Source: Callorhinchus milii
Lineage: Eukaryota
DNA: 64,000 nucleotides
NCBI RefSeq assembly: GCF_018977255.1
Contig: NW_024704743.1
Location: 26,042,001-26,106,000, forward strand
Direction of reading: 5' to 3'
Position numbers and translations under genes: made by a program. The notes under the pieces are model-generated. The model searched no databases. It had not been told where the DNA came from and saw only the letters and a program-made list of their open reading frames with translations. Below are positions 57,301-64,000 of this stretch, in pieces. Within the stretch, counting starts at the first letter, position 1. Every line of letters starts with the position of its first letter.

Positions 57301-57447
57301 GTGTTTCGTCTTTTTACTTGTACAGGAAGTCCTCCTCATCTAAATGTCGGTGAACAGGGAGATCTAGTCCAAGACTTTCGTGAATTTCTTCAGGCCCCAG
57401 CTAACGCAGCTGCAGGAAACCTAAACCGCAGTACTGATAACTCTTAA
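21296..57447 (+). CDS. BRD9: BRD9 bromodomain-containing protein 9, whole gene span (17 coding exons, 1998 nt, ~665 aa)
   Basis: Spliced frame [12 protein letters not shown]...[13 protein letters not shown]...[12 protein letters not shown] (bromodomain)...DUF3512 region...STDNS*. The N-terminus and the head-to-head position with TRIP13 identify BRD9 rather than BRD7. Confidence 0.97.
21351..21960 (+). repeat. Polypurine G-run low-complexity repeat (GGGA / GGGACAGGGG units)
   Basis: About 600 bp of almost pure G/A on the plus strand, starting directly after the BRD9 exon 1 donor. Confidence 0.95.
22654..22978 (-). mobile_element. tRNA-Ala SINE (short form, L2-type loop)
   Basis: Full-length copy. 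Additional degenerate minus-strand copies lie at 22027-22230 and 22400-22520. Confidence 0.92.
23425..23560 (+). repeat. Degenerate (CA)/(GA) microsatellite
   Basis: ACACACAG/AGAGACAC runs. Confidence 0.85.
23655..23968 (+). mobile_element. tRNA-Ala SINE (short form) with probable TSD
   Basis: Full-length copy flanked by TAGAGTCGAGT (23648) and TAGTGTCGAGT (23970). Confidence 0.92.
24451..24600 (-). mobile_element. CR1-type 3' tail fragment
   Basis: CATAGAA repeats followed by GGAGCAGGAGTAGGCCAT..., the reverse complement of a CR1 3' terminus. Confidence 0.7.
24949..25169 (+). CDS. BRD9: BRD9 exon 2 (221 nt, GC donor)
   Basis: [40 protein letters not shown]...EDRRRRK; donor AAG|GCAAGT. Confidence 0.93.
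25495..26190 (+). mobile_element. L2 3' fragment
   Basis: [17 protein letters not shown]...[13 protein letters not shown]...[15 protein letters not shown]; stem-loop and (TTG)n tail. Confidence 0.92.
26197..26690 (-). mobile_element. L2 internal ORF2 fragment
   Basis: TCCLDPLPT and [23 protein letters not shown] in minus-strand frames. Confidence 0.85.
28052..28187 (+). CDS. BRD9: BRD9 exon 3 (136 nt)
   Basis: [45 protein letters not shown]; aatag|...|gtagag. Confidence 0.93.
28817..28877 (+). CDS. BRD9: BRD9 exon 4 (61 nt; alternative start 28820)
   Basis: (V)[19 protein letters not shown]; tandem AAG-TAG acceptor; donor AG|GTAAGC. Confidence 0.93.
29180..31073 (+). mobile_element. Degraded L2-clade LINE fragment
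   Basis: ORF2 pieces ([37 protein letters not shown]) with an internal deletion, 3' tail and (TTG)n. Confidence 0.92.
31690..32062 (-). mobile_element. tRNA-Ala SINE (long form)
   Basis: Full-length and close to the family consensus. Confidence 0.93.
32275..32419 (+). CDS. BRD9: BRD9 exon 5 (145 nt, bromodomain ZA loop)
   Basis: [48 protein letters not shown]. Confidence 0.97.
33706..33816 (+). CDS. BRD9: BRD9 exon 6 (111 nt, bromodomain BC loop)
   Basis: [37 protein letters not shown]; tgcag|...|gtaaga. Confidence 0.97.
34723..34901 (+). CDS. BRD9: BRD9 exon 7 (179 nt; internal in-frame acceptor at 34783)
   Basis: [59 protein letters not shown]. Confidence 0.95.
35300..35660 (-). mobile_element. 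Degraded L2 3' fragment
   Basis: Tail TCACGTCGGGAGGACGTC and body similar to other L2 copies. Confidence 0.75.
36064..36196 (+). CDS. BRD9: BRD9 exon 8 (133 nt)
   Basis: [44 protein letters not shown]. Confidence 0.96.
37120..37550 (-). mobile_element. L2 3' fragment
   Basis: [24 protein letters not shown]; tail at 37120. Confidence 0.82.
37815..37890 (+). CDS. BRD9: BRD9 exon 9 (76 nt, GC donor)
   Basis: [25 protein letters not shown]; the phase-1 donor AAG|GCAGGT is required by the next exon. Confidence 0.9.
38283..38387 (+). CDS. BRD9: BRD9 exon 10 (105 nt)
   Basis: [35 protein letters not shown]; donor CAG|GTAAGA. Confidence 0.93.
39544..39676 (+). CDS. BRD9: BRD9 exon 11 (133 nt)
   Basis: [44 protein letters not shown]. 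Confidence 0.95.
40191..40490 (+). mobile_element. tRNA-Ala SINE
   Basis: Full-length copy, followed by a second tail fragment at 40530-40620. Confidence 0.9.
41148..41259 (+). CDS. BRD9: BRD9 exon 12 (112 nt)
   Basis: [37 protein letters not shown]. Confidence 0.95.
42432..42491 (+). CDS. BRD9: BRD9 exon 13 (60 nt)
   Basis: [20 protein letters not shown] (cf. human RRNVPMKPPDEAK); ttctcag|...|gtgagg; phase 0-0. Confidence 0.82.
42909..43270 (-). mobile_element. L2 3' fragment
   Basis: [13 protein letters not shown]...IGGRAS...LWNSIPQSL; (CAA)n tail. Confidence 0.87.
43783..43854 (+). CDS. BRD9: BRD9 additional exon 13b (72 nt, no human counterpart recalled)
   Basis: [24 protein letters not shown]; gtttctttgcag|...|gtgaga; symmetric phase 0-0; no stop codon. 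Confidence 0.62.
44650..45200 (+). mobile_element. L2 3' fragment
   Basis: [29 protein letters not shown]; 3' tail. Confidence 0.85.
45647..46212. mobile_element. Tail-to-tail inverted pair of tRNA-Ala SINEs (+ 45647-45966; - 45967-46212)
   Basis: A plus-strand copy directly abuts a reverse-complement copy. Confidence 0.9.
46442..46553 (+). CDS. BRD9: BRD9 exon 14 (112 nt)
   Basis: [37 protein letters not shown]; ctgtag|...|gtaagt. Confidence 0.94.
48977..49147 (+). CDS. BRD9: BRD9 exon 15 (171 nt)
   Basis: [56 protein letters not shown]. Confidence 0.96.
49644..49959 (-). mobile_element. tRNA-Ala SINE (short form)
   Basis: Full-length copy with anticodon arm CTCGC-CTCGCAA-GCGAG. Confidence 0.93.
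52205..53743 (+). mobile_element. 5'-truncated L2-clade LINE with RT core, frameshifted
   Basis: [15 protein letters not shown]...QSGFR...[12 protein letters not shown]...[10 protein letters not shown]...YADD, then the HWLP...GGRAFS...LWNS C-terminus, a 3' stem-loop and a (TTG)n tail. Frameshifts near 52818 and 52970. Confidence 0.95.
57326..57447 (+). CDS. BRD9: BRD9 last coding exon (122 nt incl. TAA)
   Basis: [39 protein letters not shown] (cf. human SPSRLSVGEQPDVTHDPYEFLQSP). Confidence 0.93.
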
Positions 57448-58773
57448 CACAACTAAAAATGACAAGTTAAAGACTGGAGATTTATTTTTACACCAGATCT
57501 CACTCTATGGGAAAGACTTTGTTTTTACTGTACAATGCAGAATTAACATCTTGCATGAATGAAACTGCCAATCAGAATGGCATACATGCAGGGTCTGTCT
57601 ATTCAGTAATAATCAAGCACTAAATGAACAAATATGGTTTTGTATAATATGACGTTATTTCATCTGTGTTTCATATATTAGCTTGCACAAATGTTTAGAA
57701 TATGAATCAGATTTGTTTTTGTGTTTGTGAGAACAGACACTTTCAAAATTATATTTGTAGATTTTTTAAAAAAACTTGTAGGATTTCCTACTTGGAAAAA
57801 ATAATTTATGTACAATCGACTTCATTTCCATTTTTATAAGTGTCTTGAAGTGTATTTTTAAAAAGAAAAATCCTAATGTTAGACTGATGTGATCTTGATG
57901 AATATAAAACTGTACCATGCACCATGTCTTTTCTCCCTCCAATCTGGACGAAGGCAAGCACTGTCAGATGTACTGACTGAAAATACCTAGCCACCAGAAC
58001 AAAGCCTAAAATGCTACCACATAGACTGGACTACTTTTAATTCTGTGAAGGATCAATATCAGGAATTTACACTGCTTCACTGGGGCTTTGAAATTAAATG
58101 TCATGTGAGTTTATGCAGTGATTAATTTCAACATGTGTTTATTGTGGTGCGAAAAGGTTCCTGATAGGTTTACTACAGCACCTAAATTAGTTGAAGCTAA
58201 TGGGTTGTGTTCTATTGGACCCATGATAAATTCAGAACCTATGGTCTGGTAAACACAGCCTGTTTTGTTTAATGTGAAACAACGCGCTACTACAGAATGT
58301 GCGTGTCAGCGATTGAAAGTATTATCTATTGCCAATTTTAGACTGTTCTGCAGCCAGAACTTAGAAAGTTAACCAATAATTTATGTAAGCCACTGTGCAG
58401 TTTCTCTACCCACAATGCGGGAGCTTGTGGCTCTGTCACACCTTTCTGTGGTTGTCCTATATGAAACCTATGCCAATCGAGAGGTTACTTCTGCTTTAAA
58501 AGGACAATTTTCTAATTCTAAATGTTCTAGATTATTTTTTATAATGAAAACTTAGAAATGCAAGTGAAACTTTTTGAAATAATACCTGAAGAAGATCTAG
58601 CAAATAAGAAGTAGAATTCAAACCAGAACAAAACCTAAAGCCACAAAAATATTTTTAATTGATCAATACATAGCTGTGACCCCCAAAAATACTTATTTTA
58701 AGAAAAATGTGATTTTGGAAGTGTTACGCATTTCTGAAATATTTCATAATGAACAATTGAGGGTAGATTTAAA

Positions 58774-59010
58774 AATAAACTTGTTTGTAGCTTAACTTTC
58801 TGTATCTAAGGATATTTAAATGTTCTAGTTCAAGGGGAATGAACTTTGTGCAATTTAATGCTGTAATGAAACTAAACCTATGCTTCCTGTACAGTTTTAT
58901 ATTTAAGAGATGCATTCCCAAATATTTTTGGGATTGTAAATATCTTAATTTAAGGTTGAATAGCGAGATGTTTTTGTTTTGTATGTTGCTCAGTGTAATT
59001 CAGCATTAAA
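58774..59010 (+). terminator. Candidate BRD9 polyadenylation signals
   Basis: AATAAA at 58774 and ATTAAA at 59005, the latter followed by U-rich sequence, at the end of an AT-rich repeat-free 3' UTR. Confidence 0.45.
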
Positions 59011-60540
59011 TGTTTTGATTCAAATTAATTTTTAGAATTTGTTTTTAAATGAATTATTTCAGTCTGATAATGTGTGGATTTTATCTTTCAAATCTTTACA
59101 AAATTCAATATTTGAAATTGTAAGCTGAGTGAGGTATAGTGACTGGGACTGGGTCTATTGTGACTGGGTGTGAATATGGGCAATATATATTGCTATTTTT
59201 GCACTTATAAGATTTAACAACCACATAACTACTTTTTCCGGTTGTATATGTGAATGCACACTTTCATTCATTATTGATTTTACCAACACAATTCCCCAAA
59301 AATATTTTTTAAACCTAATGTGTTAAATGGCGTATTTGGAATGTTTATTTTGATTTAGAGTTTTTGGAGAGAGAAAGTATATGACTAGTGTTGCAGATTA
59401 AATTAATGTGTGTATGTTAGAACATGAGTGTGGTTTATTATTTTCATAAAGGAAAAGTAATGTGAGAATAACTTGTACAGTATTTAAATGTGCCGACAAT
59501 TATAAAAGTGTAATCCTTAAATTGTTATTATTTGAACCACTGTTTTATTCTGTGCATAACTAAACATAAGACAACTCAGTTGTGATATTGTAGACTGAAT
59601 AATGATTTGACTGTTAGTCAATCCAGCTTGTGACTGGCTGCAAATTTCCAGTGGCTTCTCTGTAGATCTTAAGGTTGGATACTTGCCAAATCCTAGTGGT
59701 AGGACACTGTAGGTTCCTGATCTCTGCTGTTTGATTTCAAGAAAGATTTGTGATTAGGCCAGGAGAGAAGAAACAAAAATCAGGAAAACACCTGCGTGCA
59801 TACAAATTGACAGAGTTGAAATGGCAGGAATGGAAATCCGGTAGGGTTGGTATTCAGAAAGGATGAAATTGAGTCTTCACCCCAAAACACGTTTGTGATC
59901 ATATGAAATTAAAGGCTATTTAATAAATAAAACATGGGCACTGAGTCTTATTTCAAAATAACCAGCAACTATATCTGTAGTGCAGGCATTTTGTTCTTTG
60001 CTTTCCGCAGAAGGATATCATAAGTCTGTCCTTGAGTATTTCTGGAGGAAGTGAGCATTGTTTGAAGAAGCTCTTCAACAGTATACTTTTCTGTATTTTT
60101 TCTGTTTATTTTAAAACAAAGTTTTATTGCATGCAAGGAGGTCTTGTTCAAAGTACTTGGATTCCTTATTAAGTGGATCATCTTGGTGTTTAAAATGGCT
60201 GTTACAAAATCATTCCCTTTTCTTGAAAGGACTTCACTCCTCCACCAGCCTTTGTTGCCTTGTCTATTTCAGTCACTGAATCCTACCGAGATTGTTATTC
60301 TGACCTTATAATGTCATCTCCTGAGCTTCCAAATTATGAAGTGACTCACATAAGATTATGGCGTTTTTAGAATATCATCTATGAACTAATAATTGTGTTC
60401 GTTAGTCATATTCTAAAAAAGCAATTTAACCCAAGTCATCAATCTACAAAATGTTTAATGCAATTGTCTTCAAATTTATTACAAAAACACATTTGACGGA
60501 GTAAGCAACTACACTGCCAGTCCCAACGCCGAATAACTTG

Positions 60541-60885
60541 AATAATAATAGTCCTGCATTTGATATAGCGACTTATCACATCTACGAGATGTCTCAGAGC
60601 GCTTCACAGAATATACTGCAAAGTGAATTGACTGTATATTTTGTGGGCGAAAAATGGCAGTCAATCGCACACAGCAGTGTCCCACAAGCAGTCGTGGATC
60701 GAGTGACCAATTATTTAATTTGAAGGAATTATTACCCACGGAAAAGCGATTAGGCCATCGACTAACAACCGGATTCCTACTTGCCGCTAGGTAAGCAGGC
60801 GTGTGGAGTAAGGAAACTTGCCCAACGTTTCACCCTGCCCGGAATTGAACTCAGATCCTCTTGCTTGCGAGGCGAGTGCTCTAAC
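60541..60885 (-). mobile_element. tRNA-Ala SINE (long form)
   Basis: Near full-length copy. Confidence 0.9.
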
Positions 60886-63800
60886 TACATTCCATTGTAC
60901 ACATTCTATACAAGTCCGTGCCAGAGTTTATATTTCACTTCTCTATTCCCCTCACCTAAACCCTTCTCTTCTCCCTGGTGTATGTACCAAGCTTTCTTTT
61001 GTTATGTACACACGTTGATGCTTTCTGCTTCAACTACAGCTTCTGATAGTGAGTTCCACTTTTCCATCTGAGTGAAGAAGTTCCTCCTAAACTCCCAATC
61101 ATATAAGCAAGTTCCTGGCTTGCTTATACAGGGAGACCAAAAAGTATATAAATGAATATGAACATATAAAGGATGTTGAAGATCCCTATAGAGTATATAG
61201 GGATACTTTGATGTCCACCTGAACTGCATAGTTTATTGGGATTAGAACTGTGATACCTTACATCCTCCCTGTGTTTATGTGCACTGTACATGGCTTGTCG
61301 CTGAGCACCCTGGAGGCAGATTGAGCTTCATAGTGAGCGTATCTATTTGCCAAAGTCGCTCACATGAGGACCTGGATTAAGCAGCTGAGCAATCCTGGTA
61401 CATGGACCTTGGGAACATCAAGGTGGCTGGGCTGGCACATCACAAGTGGTCCTGTGAAGGTCCTCTTACCACACTGAAGGCAGGTGTCTGGCAGATTGCT
61501 GATGAGGAAATTCCGAGGCTTGGGACGACAGTAACTGGAAGGCGTTACGTGCCGTACGGGTTCATGAACACGTGTTCGTACCTCCAGGGCTTGAAATCCA
61601 CCGAGATTCTCGCAGAGAGGTAATTAGCTGCTGCTCAAGCTCCACACCTCCAACTGATGGAACCATTGCTCGGTGGGAAGGGATGTGCGCCCAAACTGTG
61701 GACAGGAAGACGGTGGCAATGCTCTCACACATTTCAATCATAGCTGTGTTCCCCACCAGGGAAATATATACCCAGACATTTTCAACAACAACAAATTACA
61801 TTTGCATAGCACCTTTGAAGTCGGGAGGACGTCCCAAGGTGCTGGACAGTCAGGGAATTGGACCCAAGCAGTGGGTCGGGATCAGGGGGATCATGACATT
61901 CTCAGTCATGTGGCCCAGCCTTTTGGTACAATATAATACAGTTTAATATATAGTAATCCATGGCAACTGTACACAATTCGGTGCAATATGAGAAAATGGA
62001 CTTTAAAGAAATGGGTCTAATTCATTTCAATTATATCTATGCCACTCAATAAATAAACAGGTGAAAAGGATATTTAAAAATTCAAAGATACAAACAGCAT
62101 TTAAAAGAAAAACAGTGCTATCAAGTTGCACAAAATGAAATCTTGCTGATTTATTAAATTCATTCCCCTTCTTATTGGTGATTTACAGTAAAACTCCTGA
62201 TAACTCTACCCTGCCTTAACTTGTCATTACCACTTAAATCATCAAACTGTCAATAAATATCCTGACTGTGTTTATTGATGTATTAATACATATGCCTAAC
62301 TCGCCACTCTGGATAACTCATCACAGCTCTTTTGCCTTGGAGTGATGATTTATCAGGAGTTTGCTCTTCTTAAATTCTTTCTTTTCCTCACACTAGTCTG
62401 AGACTGCAAAGGAAGAGCATTTGTTCCCACCCCTCACTTTTGTTGATTGGATACCAGGTGACTTTTGATATTGATATTGTCATTCCATCTTGTAGAGAAA
62501 TATTTTCCTGGTAAATCCCCAAATGGTTGGAAGTTCACCTTAAGAGTGCCCATTGCATGGTGCAGCTTAGATTCCTTCATCAAAAGATTATAGACTTCTA
62601 AGTGAATTCTTAATAAACCCCTTCCAGACAAAGGGCACTAGTGATAACATTCACTGATTTGAGAAAGTTCAATATAAAAATAATGACTTGCTTTAAACTC
62701 AAACCTTACTAATTGCATTTTTTAAACATTAAAAAAACTACAAATTCCGAAATAGAAATGTAGCACGAATTAAAAAGTGGTCACTGGACTTATTGGAGCT
62801 CCAACGCTTAAAACTAACTATGCAATGGAAAAAAATTAGTTAAATTTACATTCACGCTCTACTCCGCCAAATTCCTGATCTAAGTCACTGAACAGATTAA
62901 GAACTGGAAGCCAAATCTTCTCCCAACTCCCCAGAAGAGAAAGTTGGGTATTGTGTATCCAACATGCCTTGTTCATTTGCCTTGGCAGAGATCTGGGAGC
63001 AGCTCCACTTTCTCAAGGTGCTTGCAAGACCTGAATAAGTTGGTGTTAGCATTGCCATCTCTGAGCTGCAGAAAGTTCATATTCATTCAGCTTTTAATAG
63101 CAGAAAAAGCAACAGTTCTAGAATCAAGAGTGGTAGAGGAGAGAGAGAGATGGAAATTAACCCCATCATTTCTGATAAAAGGCAGAAAATAGAATGAAGA
63201 AGGGAAGATAAACCACACAAGTAGAACATATATGATAAACAGGAAGGATTTATTCTTCTCTGCAAATAAAATAAATAAAATTGTGTAGATTAAGGTAAGG
63301 AATGTGAATAATCCCAGGACAGGCAAAGCAAATTTGGATGTAGATTTAAACTCGGTATATTTATAAGCAGTTTTGTTTAAGCCTTATACCCATATTTCAC
63401 AGAACAAAATGCCCAACAACAGAGTGCTAACCCACAAGTATACATTAACAAGACTACAGTTACTAGTTTGTCATGATAAACTATAGTTTCTAATAGGATG
63501 AGAGGGAGTAAATAGTGAATGTTCATATTATTTAAAAACCAGACCCTATTATGAAACGTTTTACTTGCACTGTTGACTCTGTCCTGTAGGTGTAGTGGGT
63601 ATCCCATTCCAACAGTCTATCTCTGGATTTTCCAATGTGTAGGTGGGATGCATGGAAATCTCAGCTTGGTTTGGATATTCTTAAGCATGGTGATGGGTTT
63701 TGGACCTCAAGAACATCAAGATGGCTAGCACATCACAAACTGTCCTGTAAAGGTCCGCCCACCACACTGAAGGCAGATGCCCGCCAGATAGTTGATGAGA

Positions 63801-64000
63801 AAACTCAGGCTTGGGGCAATACCTGGAGTCCAAGTTCATGAACACATGTTCATACAACCAGTGCTGTACTCCACCTTGACTGGCCTGCAGAGAGGGAAAC
63901 AGCTGCTGCTAAAACTCTGCACCACCAATTGGTGAAACCGTCGCTCAATGGGAAGGGGTGTGTGCCCGAGCTGCGGACAGGAAGATGGTGGCAATGCTCT

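Noticed and set aside
61499..61525. CTGATGA-GGAAATTCC as a hammerhead core
   Set aside because: It is followed by GAGG rather than GAAA, has no stems I/III, and the sister copy at ~63793 does not keep the core.

Overview
Vertebrate genomic DNA. The repeat content (L2 and CR1 LINE fragments, tRNA-Ala-headed SINEs, Deu-domain SINEs) suggests a cartilaginous fish, possibly a chimaera; this is inference. The window holds two complete genes head-to-head around one CpG-island bidirectional promoter (~20.4-21.35 kb). TRIP13/Pch2 (AAA+ ATPase) is on the minus strand: 13 coding exons, 18342->905, 431 aa, plus a probable non-coding first exon. BRD9 (ncBAF bromodomain subunit) is on the plus strand: 17 coding exons, 21296->57447, ~665 aa. 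I placed all exons by manual translation, splice-site reading and phase checking against the recalled human proteins. Main observations: (1) a candidate 17-nt frameshifting poison microexon in the BRD9 intron equivalent to the one carrying the human SF3B1-mutant poison exon; (2) an extra 72-nt BRD9 exon encoding an IKEE SUMO-consensus motif; (3) two GC-AG introns in BRD9; (4) repeat copies flanking the promoter that are directionally rewritten AT->GC, consistent with a GC-biased gene conversion hotspot; (5) SINE/L2 3' stem-loops with a conserved stem but swapped loops; (6) an unclassified long non-coding dispersed repeat. Repeat boundaries are approximate.
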